Shown: positions 21,146 to 29,874 of the stretch, piece after piece | Numbering within the stretch: position 1 is the first letter of the stretch | Layout: the number at the start of each line of letters is the position of its first letter | Assembly: GCA_017883265.1 (NCBI GenBank) | Contig: JADGNX010000001.1 | Span: 812-64,811, forward strand | Direction of reading: 5' to 3' | Source: Thermoanaerobaculia bacterium | Lineage (GTDB): Bacteria; Acidobacteriota; Thermoanaerobaculia; Gp7-AA8 | DNA: 64,000 bases | Translations under genes and position numbers: made by a program | Notes under the pieces: model-generated | What the model was told of the DNA's origin: nothing | Seen by the model: only the letters and a program-made list of their open reading frames with translations | The model's database searches: none

Positions 21146-22252
21146 TCAATGTTCGGAGACCTCGACCGCCCTACCGCCGTCCATCGCAAAACGCCGGTGC
21201 GGTCCTGTCTCTAAAGCGCTGATTACAGACTGTTTAGCAGACGTCGCGAAGAGCTGGGTGGCCGCGGGCAGATTCAGGAGCACCGCTTCGAGGATGTCGA
21301 CGTCGAGCTCGGCATCGATATCGTCGAGTACGAAGACGGCGGCCTCACCGGTCTCGTCGCGAAAATGCTCCAGTTTGGCGAATTTGAGAAACAGGACGAT
21401 CGTCTTGAGCTCCCCGCCCGAGAGGACCTCGGCGGCCGGCCTTCCTTCAAGCTCGAAAGCCACGTTGTCCCGCTGCGGTCCGACCAGAGTCATCCGGCTG
21501 CGCAACTCCTGTCGCTTCACCTCCTGGAGGCGCTGGCGCCAGGCGCCGGGGTCGCCCGAAGCCTCACCGCCCGGCAGGTAACGAAGCGTGAGGCCCGTGA
21601 CGTGGTAGCGGTAGCGGTCCACCGTAGCCCCGAGCAACGCCGAGATCCGCCTGGCATAGTCCGCCCGGGCCGCGGAGACCGGAATGGCCGCGAGCAGAAA
21701 CTCTTCATCCCACGCGTCCAGGTCGGACGCCCGGGCCTGACGCGCAGCAATTGCGTGGAGGAGCGCGTTCCGCTGTTTGAGCGCACGCTGGAAACGATTG
21801 AGCCGCTCGAGATAGCCTGGTTCCACGCTCGCGATGCCCCGGTCGAGAAACCGGCGCCGGTCTTCGGGCCCACCACGGATGATCTCCAGCCGAGAAGAGG
21901 AGTAAGCGATCACGGTCAGACTCTGGAGGTAGCGGCCGAGCGGCACCCTCTCGGCATTGATCGTCAGGACCCGCCGCGACTCCCCGGGATCGACTCCCGC
22001 GGATAGCGTCTGGGTCACACCCTGGCGCGCGATATCGCCGTTTACGAAAAGGTACGACTGCCCGAAACGGATGAGGCTCTGGGTCCTGGCAGTGCGAAAG
22101 GACTTGGTGGTGGCGAGGAAATAGACAGCCTCGAGAAGATTCGTCTTCCCCTGGCCGTTCATGCCGACGACCAGATTGACCGCCGGATGAAACCGATACT
22201 CGGCAGCTTCGAGGTTGCGAAAATTCTCGCTGCTCAGTCGCTCGAGAATCAA
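21146..22252 (-). CDS. recF: DNA replication and repair protein RecF
   Basis: 368 aa. N-terminal Walker A GMNGQGKTNLLEA, C-terminal VLDDIDAELD (Walker B/D-loop). Confidence 0.9.
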   Translation of the reverse strand: MILERLSSENFRNLEAAEYRFHPAVNLVVGMNGQGKTNLLEAVYFLATTKSFRTARTQSLIRFGQSYLFVNGDIARQGVTQTLSAGVDPGESRRVLTINAERVPLGRYLQSLTVIAYSSSRLEIIRGGPEDRRRFLDRGIASVEPGYLERLNRFQRALKQRNALLHAIAARQARASDLDAWDEEFLLAAIPVSAARADYARRISALLGATVDRYRYHVTGLTLRYLPGGEASGDPGAWRQRLQEVKRQELRSRMTLVGPQRDNVAFELEGRPAAEVLSGGELKTIVLFLKFAKLEHFRDETGEAAVFVLDDIDAELDVDILEAVLLNLPAATQLFATSAKQSVISALETGPHRRFAMDGGRAVEVSEH

Positions 22253-22256
22253 ATCG

Positions 22257-23381
22257 CTATGCGATCCGCATCGGCATGACGACGTAGAGATACTCGTACG
22301 ACAGATCGTCTGCCGCGGCGGCCGGTCGCCCGATGCACTGACTGTTCTCGTCCTTCAGTTCCAGCGAGACGTTCGGCGTGTCGACTGCGCTCAGAAAATC
22401 GGTCACGTAGGCCGCGTTGAGGCCCACGAAAAACGTCGCTCCGGCATAATCGATGGGCACCGTCTCCCGGGCGTCTCCGAGCTCCGGATTGGTCGACGAC
22501 ACGGTGAGCTTTCCCGGCGCGAAATCGAAACGGACCGCGCGCGTCCGCTCATTCGCCACGAGGGAGATCCGGCGAATCGTAGACAGCAGGCGTTCGCGGT
22601 CGACCATGACGCGACGGTCGTTGTCGCGGGCGATTACTTCCATGTAATTGGGGAAATTCACGTCGATCATGCGAGCTAGAAGCCTTCGATCGCCCGCTTC
22701 GAAGAAAAGGTGGTTTTCCGAGGTGCCGAATTGCACCAGGCCGTCTTCAGAAGCCTCGAGCCGCAGGATCTCATGAAGCGCCTTCCGTGGAATGAGAATG
22801 GTCAGCTCCTCGCTCTTCTTATGCCCGACGGTCTGGGCGAAGTTGATGAGCGCCATTCTGTGTCCGTCGGTAGCCACCATCTCCATCTTCGACGGTTGGA
22901 CTTTCAGAAGGGCGCCGTTCAACTGGAAACGCGTCTCTTCATGGGTGATGGCGAAAATCACCTTGCCGACCATTGTCTTCAGCTCATCGAGCGGCATGGA
23001 ATAGGGGTCTGTCGAGGTGACCGTCGGAAGCGTTGGATAGTCCTCCGCCGGCAGACCCAGCAGCCGGAACTTGGCGGTACCCGATTCGACCTGCAGAGAG
23101 AAATTCTCCTGCAGCGTGAGCTTGACGTCATCGTTTGGCAGGGAACGGATCACATCGAAAAAGCGGCGCGCCTCGATTGTGACTCCGCCTTCTGTGATGA
23201 CGGTTGCCGGGCAGGAGCTGAGGATCGTGACATCGAGGTCGGTGGCGGCGATCTCGAGCCGGCCATCAGTGGCCTTGATCAGAACGTTCGACAAAATCGG
23301 AATCGTCGAGCGTTTCTCGACAACTCCCTGGCAAAGCTGCAGCTCCTTTTGCAGATCAGCTTTGGCGAGCGTCAGCTCCAT
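22257..23381 (-). CDS. dnaN: DNA polymerase III beta sliding clamp
   Basis: 374 aa with three-domain clamp similarity (MELTLAKADLQKELQ...). The 4-nt gap to recF is the typical dnaN-recF arrangement. Confidence 0.9.
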   Translation of the reverse strand: MELTLAKADLQKELQLCQGVVEKRSTIPILSNVLIKATDGRLEIAATDLDVTILSSCPATVITEGGVTIEARRFFDVIRSLPNDDVKLTLQENFSLQVESGTAKFRLLGLPAEDYPTLPTVTSTDPYSMPLDELKTMVGKVIFAITHEETRFQLNGALLKVQPSKMEMVATDGHRMALINFAQTVGHKKSEELTILIPRKALHEILRLEASEDGLVQFGTSENHLFFEAGDRRLLARMIDVNFPNYMEVIARDNDRRVMVDRERLLSTIRRISLVANERTRAVRFDFAPGKLTVSSTNPELGDARETVPIDYAGATFFVGLNAAYVTDFLSAVDTPNVSLELKDENSQCIGRPAAAADDLSYEYLYVVMPMRIA

Positions 23382-23625
23382 GTCTATTCCTTTTAAAACA
23401 GAGACTCTTTAATTTGTGGTTGTAGTAGTAGATGCGTGCGGAAAAACTCGGAGTGAGTGCCAAGTGCCTCAAAAGTATAGCAGTCTTCGCAGGCGGGCCG
23501 TGTGGAGATCGTCGAGGAAAACGAGTGGATTACTCCTGAGTTTTCCACCGTGGTGACGGGCCGCTTTTTCGGCCTCTCGCTTTTCCGCAGGATTTAGGCA
23601 CTCATTCCGCAGACCGTCGCGGAAA
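23382..23625. other. Candidate oriC (dnaA-dnaN intergenic region) with an AT-rich stretch and degenerate DnaA-box-like 9-mers
   Basis: Locally AT-rich (ttttaaaacagagactctttaatttg). Contains TGTGGAGAT, TTTTCCACC and GAGTGGATTA-type matches to TTATCCACA with 1-2 mismatches. Confidence 0.4.
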
Positions 23626-24933
23626 TCATCGAAAGTGCTTGATCATCATATCGAGCGTGCTGGCCACCGATTGATCCTCCTGGCGCAGCTTGTCGATCTT
23701 CTCGACCGAGTAGATGACTGTCGAATGATGTTTGTTGTTGAAGAGTTTTCCTATTTCCGGATAGGAAAGATCGGTCAGTGACTTGCAGATGAACATGGCC
23801 ACCTGGCGTGGATAGGCCACGGGACGCGCGTTCGATTTCGACTTCAGGTCGGAAACCTTGATCCCATAGTGAGCGGCTACGAGTTTCAGGATCTCCGTCG
23901 CTGTGATCGGCTTGTTCTCCTTCGAGAGAAGATCGCGGAGTGCCTCCTTGGTCAGATCGAGGTCGATCCGATGGCCAGTGAGTGACGCGAATGCGGCGAC
24001 CCGGTTCAGATGACCCTCGAGCTCCCTGATGTTGGACCGCACACGCTCCGCCACAAAAAGCGCCACGTCATCGGGCAGAAACAATTTCCGATCCTCGGCC
24101 TTCTTTCTGAGAATGGCCACCTTCGTCTCCAGATCGGGAGGCTGGATGTCGGCGATCAGTCCCCATTCGAAACGGGAGCGGAGCCGGTCTTCAAGCGTCG
24201 GTATATCCCTGGGCGGTGCATCGGAGGTAAATACGATCTGTTTCTGCGCTTCGTACAGAGCGTTGAAGGTGTGGAAAAACTCCTCCTGCGTTCGCTCTTT
24301 GCCGGCCAGGAATTGAATATCGTCGAGCAGCAGCGCGTCGACTGACCGATAACGATCTCGAAACGAGCTCATACGGTCGTAGCGGATCGAGCTGATGAGC
24401 TCCGTGACGAACGAATCGGCCGACATGTAGACGACCTTCAGCGTCGGATTCTGTTGCTTCATCTGCTGGCCGATGGCCTGGATGAGGTGCGTCTTTCCGA
24501 GGCCTGCGCCTCCGTAGATGAAGAGAGGATTGAACGAGCCGCTCGGCTTCTCGGCGATGGAGAGCGAGGCGGCATAGGCCAGTTGATTCGAGCTCCCAAC
24601 CACGAACGTGCTGAAGCGGTATCGCGGGTTGAACAGTGCGGTGGGGGGCTCGGTCGGCGGCGGCGGAGCGGACCCGGATGGCGCCTGCTGATGCGCGGAG
24701 GCGTCTGCGACGAAATGAATTTTGGTCCGGTCTGACGCGAGCTGGCTGAGGATCGATCGGATCTGTGGACTGTAGCGATCGGAGATCGCGTCGACGAACC
24801 GTTCGTCCGGGACTCTCACTTCAATGGTCTCGCCGCGAGCCGCCAGAAAGGTGGTCGGAGCGAACCAGGTCTCGTACTCCGACCGGTCTACGGTTTGCTC
24901 GAGCCGGAGCAGGACTTCGTTCCAGAGATTCAT
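23626..24933 (-). CDS. dnaA: Chromosomal replication initiator DnaA
   Basis: AAA+ block GGAGLGKTHL and C-terminal DNA-binding helix-turn-helix (VAMFICKSLTDLSYPEIG). The start is placed at MNLWNEVLLRLEQ (ATG 24933), matching the usual DnaA N-terminus. The track ORF extends 87 nt further over the DnaA-box palindrome. Confidence 0.85.
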   Translation of the reverse strand: MNLWNEVLLRLEQTVDRSEYETWFAPTTFLAARGETIEVRVPDERFVDAISDRYSPQIRSILSQLASDRTKIHFVADASAHQQAPSGSAPPPPTEPPTALFNPRYRFSTFVVGSSNQLAYAASLSIAEKPSGSFNPLFIYGGAGLGKTHLIQAIGQQMKQQNPTLKVVYMSADSFVTELISSIRYDRMSSFRDRYRSVDALLLDDIQFLAGKERTQEEFFHTFNALYEAQKQIVFTSDAPPRDIPTLEDRLRSRFEWGLIADIQPPDLETKVAILRKKAEDRKLFLPDDVALFVAERVRSNIRELEGHLNRVAAFASLTGHRIDLDLTKEALRDLLSKENKPITATEILKLVAAHYGIKVSDLKSKSNARPVAYPRQVAMFICKSLTDLSYPEIGKLFNNKHHSTVIYSVEKIDKLRQEDQSVASTLDMMIKHFR

Positions 24934-24960
24934 GCGAGGAGGGGGCGTATCTGTCTGATG

Positions 24961-24990
24961 TTCCACAACTTTTCCACAATTGTGGAAATC
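24961..24990. promoter_or_regulatory. Cluster of DnaA-box-like sites, including the perfect palindrome TTCCACAATTGTGGAA, upstream of dnaA (autoregulatory operator candidate)
   Basis: TTTTCCACA (one mismatch to TTATCCACA) at 24970..24978. The 16-bp palindrome at 24972..24987 reads as two inverted boxes. Confidence 0.5.
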
Positions 24991-25128
24991 GCGGATGGGG
25001 AAGGCGAGGGAGTCTAGCACAGCACCCCAGCCTCATCAACCGGCGTTGTAACCACTCCGAAAGCGGTGACTCGGCGCTGGAATAGGGCACCGTTCAGTCT
25101 CGTTTGCGGCGGTGCTCTCGGTATCGCG

Positions 25129-25157
25129 TTGACCGGCCCTGGTATGACCGCTATACT
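25129..25157 (+). promoter_or_regulatory. Sigma-70-type promoter of the rpmH-rnpA-yidD-yidC operon
   Basis: TTGACC (25129..25134), a 17-bp spacer, then TATACT (25152..25157), ~30 nt upstream of the rpmH ATG. Confidence 0.5.
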
Positions 25158-25188
25158 CCCCGCTTTCTTTTCAAAAGGTTAGGACAAT

Positions 25189-25323
25189 ATGAAGCGTACC
25201 TTTCAACCGAACAACCGCCGGCGTAAGCGCACGCATGGCTTTCTCGTCCGCATGAGAACCAAAGATGGCCAGGCGGTGCTTTCGCGCCGTCGTCGCAAGG
25301 GGCGCAAGCGTCTGGCGGTTTAG
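25189..25323 (+). CDS. rpmH: 50S ribosomal protein L34
   Basis: Translates to [44 protein letters not shown] (44 aa). Not in the ORF track because it is short. Confidence 0.9.
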   Translation: MKRTFQPNNRRRKRTHGFLVRMRTKDGQAVLSRRRRKGRKRLAV

Positions 25324-25347
25324 CCGTAGCCACAACGCGAGGGGTCG

Positions 25348-25734
25348 GTGGAAAACAGCCTCCTGACCGCTCGCGGTCGCCGCACCCTGCCAAAGCAGAC
25401 TCGTCTTGCCAAGCGCGCGGACTACCTTCGTACGTACGAGTCGGGACGAAAGTATTTTTCGCGTTTCTCCGTGCTGTTCATCGCTGACAACCAGATGACC
25501 TTTTCCCGGCTCGGGATTACCGCCACGAAGAAGGCAGGCAAGGCGAACATCCGCAATCGCCTCAAGCGATGGACGCGGGAGGTCTGGCGTGCTCATCGGG
25601 AGCCGCTCGCTCTCGATCTTCAGCGAGCCGATTTTGTCGTGAACATCAAACCATCGGCGGCTCGAGCCTCTTTTACCGATTTCAAGTCGGACCTGGTGGC
25701 CCTGTTCCGCCGCGCTGCAACGAGCCTGCAGTGA
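25348..25734 (+). CDS. rnpA: Ribonuclease P protein component
   Basis: 128 aa with a GTG start. A basic protein with an RNR-like motif ([18 protein letters not shown]), immediately after rpmH. Confidence 0.8.
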   Translation: MENSLLTARGRRTLPKQTRLAKRADYLRTYESGRKYFSRFSVLFIADNQMTFSRLGITATKKAGKANIRNRLKRWTREVWRAHREPLALDLQRADFVVNIKPSAARASFTDFKSDLVALFRRAATSLQ

Positions 25735-25744
25735 CTGGATCGCG

Positions 25745-25954
25745 ATGCGCTGGCTTCTCCTCTTCCTGCTGCGGCTCTACAAGGTGGTCGTCTCCCCGAT
25801 CCTGCCTCCGATGTGCCGATTCGAGCCGACGTGCTCGATGTATGCCATGAACGCTGTGGAAAAATACGGCGCTGTACACGGCAGTTGGCTGGCTCTCAAG
25901 CGACTCTTCCGCTGTCATCCGTTTCACCCTGGAGGTTGGGACCCCGTCCCGTAA
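25745..25954 (+). CDS. yidD: Membrane protein insertion efficiency factor YidD
   Basis: 69 aa with [31 protein letters not shown], the canonical YidD sequence. Confidence 0.85.
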   Translation: MRWLLLFLLRLYKVVVSPILPPMCRFEPTCSMYAMNAVEKYGAVHGSWLALKRLFRCHPFHPGGWDPVP

Positions 25955-25957
25955 CAA

Positions 25958-27607
25958 ATGGAAAAGCGACTATTCATGGCGGTCCTGATCTCGATCGCCT
26001 TTCTGTGGGCGTGGGCGGCGCTGGTCCCGAGATTCTTTCCCGAGCTGGTCAAACAGAAAGCCGTGGTGAAGGCAGCCGCACCTGCGTCACGTCCGAGTGT
26101 CCCGGCTGCGGTGGCCGGCGGCCAGCGGCCGGCCGCTGAAACGAGAGTGCCGGCGCCGGCACCTGTGGCGCCTATCACTCCGAAGAAGACCACGGCTTCC
26201 CTTCGGGTGACCACAGTCGATGCTCCCGACTTTGTCGCGCGATTCTCGAACCGCGGCGCGCAGCTCGTCTCCTTCCAGCTCAAACATTACAAGATGGCCG
26301 ACGGTTCGGCGGTCGATCTGGTGAAGGGACGCGACCCGACGAGGACCGACTACCCGTTCGCAATCATCGGCGCAGATCCGGCTTTCAACTCATTCGCCAA
26401 CGGGTCGCTCTATGAAGTCGCGGACGAGGTTGTGGGTCCCATCCATACCATCACATACACGGTCAGCGACGGAACGGTCTCGATCAGCAAGGTCTTCCGG
26501 ATGGGCAACGAACCGCAATTTGCCTTTTCGGTCTCCGCGACCCCACAAGGCATCCCATTCCGCGTTGTCATTGGGCCTGGAATCCGGACGCTCGCACCGG
26601 ATGAGAAGGACAACCAGTTCATCGTGACTGGAAACGCTGTCGTCCAGCGCGATGACAGCCTCAAGACCGTGCCTCGTGAGAAGGCCCCCCTCTTTCAGAC
26701 TTTCGACCCGCCAATCGACTACATCGGCATCGAAGACAACTATTTCCTCACAGTCCTCAAGCCCGAGAAAGCAGGCAGTGCTTCGATCAAGGCAGAGGAT
26801 TTCCCGCTTCTCGGAAGCGAACAGAAGAAACGCCGCGATCTGTACGCCGGTCTCAATTCAGCACCCGGCCTGGGTATGGTGAGTGGAACGTCGTTTTTCG
26901 GTCCGAAGAAGGCTGAGTTGCTCGATCACTACGGCCTCGAAAAGACCCTGCAGTTCGGCGTGTTCGGAATCATCGCCCGCTTTCTGCTGACCGCCCTGGT
27001 CTGGATCAACAAGACGACCCGGAACTACGGCTTCGCGATCATCGTCCTGACTATCCTCCTCAAAGTCGTGCTCTACCCGCTGCAACACAAGAGCATTGTC
27101 TCGATGAAGAAAATGCAGCGGGTGCAGCCGAAGATGAACGTGATCCGCGATCGCTACAAGAAGGCCAAGACCGATTCGGAACAACGCCAGAAGATGAACA
27201 TGGAGATGATGAAGCTCTACCAGACGGAGGGCATCAGCCCGATGAGCGGTTGTCTCCCGATGGTGCTTCAGCTTCCTATCCTCTGGGGTTTCTACGGGCT
27301 GCTGGGCAAGGCCATCGAATTGCGCGGAGCGCCCTTCATCTGGTGGATCCATGATCTCTCGCTCAAGGACCCGTACTACATCACGCCGATCCTCATGACC
27401 ATCACGATGTTCGTGCAGCAGCTCATCACGCCGAACACCGCGGACGCGACGCAACGGCGCATGTTTCTCATGATGCCGCTGATCTTCGGCTGGATCTTCA
27501 AGGAATTCCCGAGCGGTCTGGTTCTCTACTGGCTCGTTCAGAACATTTTGACGATAATCCAGCAGACCATCATGAATAAGTACTGGAAGGATCATCCGGC
27601 TGATTGA
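25958..27607 (+). CDS. yidC: Membrane protein insertase YidC
   Basis: 549 aa with an N-terminal TM, a large periplasmic domain and a C-terminal 5-TM core (LYPLQHKSIVSMKKMQRVQPKM...). Confidence 0.9.
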   Translation: MEKRLFMAVLISIAFLWAWAALVPRFFPELVKQKAVVKAAAPASRPSVPAAVAGGQRPAAETRVPAPAPVAPITPKKTTASLRVTTVDAPDFVARFSNRGAQLVSFQLKHYKMADGSAVDLVKGRDPTRTDYPFAIIGADPAFNSFANGSLYEVADEVVGPIHTITYTVSDGTVSISKVFRMGNEPQFAFSVSATPQGIPFRVVIGPGIRTLAPDEKDNQFIVTGNAVVQRDDSLKTVPREKAPLFQTFDPPIDYIGIEDNYFLTVLKPEKAGSASIKAEDFPLLGSEQKKRRDLYAGLNSAPGLGMVSGTSFFGPKKAELLDHYGLEKTLQFGVFGIIARFLLTALVWINKTTRNYGFAIIVLTILLKVVLYPLQHKSIVSMKKMQRVQPKMNVIRDRYKKAKTDSEQRQKMNMEMMKLYQTEGISPMSGCLPMVLQLPILWGFYGLLGKAIELRGAPFIWWIHDLSLKDPYYITPILMTITMFVQQLITPNTADATQRRMFLMMPLIFGWIFKEFPSGLVLYWLVQNILTIIQQTIMNKYWKDHPAD

Positions 27608-27628
27608 GCTGGTGATCGAGGTGATTCG

Positions 27629-28528
27629 ATGAGTCCACAGTTCGACGGAAGAACACTCGAAGAAGCCCTCGCCAGCGCGGGTGAGACACTCGGCGTCGAT
27701 CGTTATCGGCTCACCTACCACGTGGTGCTCGAGAAGAGAGGCTTTCTCGGAGGAATCAAGAGGGTAGTCATCGAGGCCGACGTCAACGACGAGGAAATAT
27801 CTCAGGAGCCGGCTCCTCGCCAGCACGCGGATAGGGTCTCCAGTGACTCCAGCACCGCTTCTCCCCGCCCCACTCCCTCTCGTTCTCGTGGCCGGCGCGG
27901 CCGTGGCCGCGATCGGGGCCCCGCTCAGGGCGCCGGCCGGACCTCACGATCCGAAAGAGGAGAGCGCGGTGAGCGGCCGCGACAGGCCCGGCGACCCGAC
28001 GAGAACGAGATCGGCGCGGCCTCCGTCTCCGCTCCCGTTCAAGAGCCGCAGACCCCGGAGGCGGCAGCAGTGGCCGAATGGTGCGGACGACTCGTCCAGC
28101 TCACGAACCTGCAACTCGATCTTCGGACGTTTGAGGACGATCAACAGATCTCGGTTCGCCTCTACGGGCGCGATCGCATGCTTGTTCTGGAGCAGAACGG
28201 CGCGCTGATGGATTCACTGCAAGTACTTACGAATAAGGCACTTGTCGGTCGCAAGGTCGAGAAGATCATCGAGTTCGACTGCGAGGAGTTCAAGGGGAAA
28301 CGCAACGATGACCTCGGCAAACAGGCGCGAGGCCTCGCCGACCGCGTCCGCAGTGACGGCCGAGAACAGCTGCTGCCGGCCATGACGCCGATCGAGCGTC
28401 GTATCGTTCATCTGGCGCTTCAGGACGACCACGAAGTGACGACCGAATCGCGCGGTGAGGGCTTCTACAAGCGAGTGGCTATCATTCGTCGGCAGGCTCC
28501 TCCCGCCGGCATGCAGCGCGAGCCGTGA
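27629..28528 (+). CDS. Jag/KhpB-family RNA-binding protein (Jag_N, KH and R3H domains) with an Arg/Gly-rich low-complexity linker
   Basis: 299 aa at the conserved position after yidC. C-terminal R3H-like block (IERRIVHLALQDDHEVTTESRGEGFYKRVAI). Confidence 0.7.
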   Translation: MSPQFDGRTLEEALASAGETLGVDRYRLTYHVVLEKRGFLGGIKRVVIEADVNDEEISQEPAPRQHADRVSSDSSTASPRPTPSRSRGRRGRGRDRGPAQGAGRTSRSERGERGERPRQARRPDENEIGAASVSAPVQEPQTPEAAAVAEWCGRLVQLTNLQLDLRTFEDDQQISVRLYGRDRMLVLEQNGALMDSLQVLTNKALVGRKVEKIIEFDCEEFKGKRNDDLGKQARGLADRVRSDGREQLLPAMTPIERRIVHLALQDDHEVTTESRGEGFYKRVAIIRRQAPPAGMQREP

Positions 28529-29859
28529 GCAGCGGCGACCCGGCCGATACCATCGTCGCTGCAGCGACGCCGCCGGCGAAGAGCGCGCTGGCGCTGGTCC
28601 GTATGGACGGGCCACGAGCGCATTCGATGATTTGCGGGCTAGCCAACCGGGAGCCTCCAGCCGAACGCGTGGCAACCCGCGTGACGCTGACCGATCATGG
28701 GGAAACCCTGGACGACTGCGTGATGACCCTCTACATGGGGCCGCGTAGCTTCACCGGGAATGACCTGGTCGAGCTCTCACTTCACGGCAGCCCACTGGTG
28801 GTAGAGAACGTCATCAGGGCCGCGCTTCGATGTGGTGCGCGGATGGCGGAACCGGGCGAATTCACGGAGCGGGCGGTCCTGAATGGAAAGATCGATCTCA
28901 TTCAGGCCGAGGCCATCGCGGATCTCATCGACGCGCGCACGTCGCTCCAGGCTCGCATGTCTCTGGCGAACATGGCCGGGCGTCTGAGTAATGAAGCTGC
29001 TGGTATTCGCGAGAGGCTGTTGTTCGTCATTTCGCGCCTCGAGGCGGCTCTCGATTTCAGCGAAGAAGGTTACGACTTCATCAGTCGCGAGGCTGCCGGC
29101 ACGATTCTCGACGAAGTCATTCGCCTGGAAGAGACGTTGGCGCAGACCTACGAGAGGGGTCGAGCGACACGACGAGGCCTGAAGATCGTCCTCCTCGGCG
29201 CACCGAACTCGGGAAAATCGACGCTGCTCAACACCTTGGTCGGGAGTGAGCGCGCCATCGTCACGGAGATCGCGGGCACGACCCGCGACCTGATCTCAGA
29301 AACGATCGAGATCGCGGGACTTCCCGTGACGGTAACGGATACTGCCGGGCTTCGGGCCAGCGACAACCTTATCGAGGTCATGGGGATCGAGCGTGCCCGT
29401 CTGGCGGCATCAGATGCCGACCTCATCCTGTATCTGATCGACACGACAGTGGGCCGGACGGTAGCGGACAATGACGAGCTCAGCCGCTTGCCGCATCCTC
29501 CCCTCGTCGTTTACACCAAGGGAGATCTGAGCTCGGGGCCCGTGGGCGAGTTGGCCATCAGCGCCCTCCGGGGAGCCGGGATGCCAGAGCTGTTCTGCGA
29601 GCTCGACCGTACGGTTCGCGACCGGTTCGCGGTCCGCTCCGACTCCCCGGCTGTTGTAAACGAGCGGCAGATCGCCGCCCTGCGCGACGGAATCTCGGCC
29701 TTGCAAATGGCGCGAGAGACGCTCGAGACGGGTGCTTCTGAGGAAGTGATCCTGGTCGATCTTTACCGAGGTGCGGAGGCCGTGGAAAGGCTGATTGGCC
29801 GGATAGAGAGCGAGGAGGTTTTCGCCGAGATCTTTGCAAAATTTTGCATCGGTAAGTAG
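28525..29859 (+). CDS. mnmE: tRNA modification GTPase MnmE
   Basis: 444 aa with G1 GAPNSGKSTLLN, G3 DTAGLR and C-terminal CIGK. Confidence 0.9.
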   Translation: MSSGDPADTIVAAATPPAKSALALVRMDGPRAHSMICGLANREPPAERVATRVTLTDHGETLDDCVMTLYMGPRSFTGNDLVELSLHGSPLVVENVIRAALRCGARMAEPGEFTERAVLNGKIDLIQAEAIADLIDARTSLQARMSLANMAGRLSNEAAGIRERLLFVISRLEAALDFSEEGYDFISREAAGTILDEVIRLEETLAQTYERGRATRRGLKIVLLGAPNSGKSTLLNTLVGSERAIVTEIAGTTRDLISETIEIAGLPVTVTDTAGLRASDNLIEVMGIERARLAASDADLILYLIDTTVGRTVADNDELSRLPHPPLVVYTKGDLSSGPVGELAISALRGAGMPELFCELDRTVRDRFAVRSDSPAVVNERQIAALRDGISALQMARETLETGASEEVILVDLYRGAEAVERLIGRIESEEVFAEIFAKFCIGK

Positions 29860-29874
29860 TGTTCCACGTGAAAC

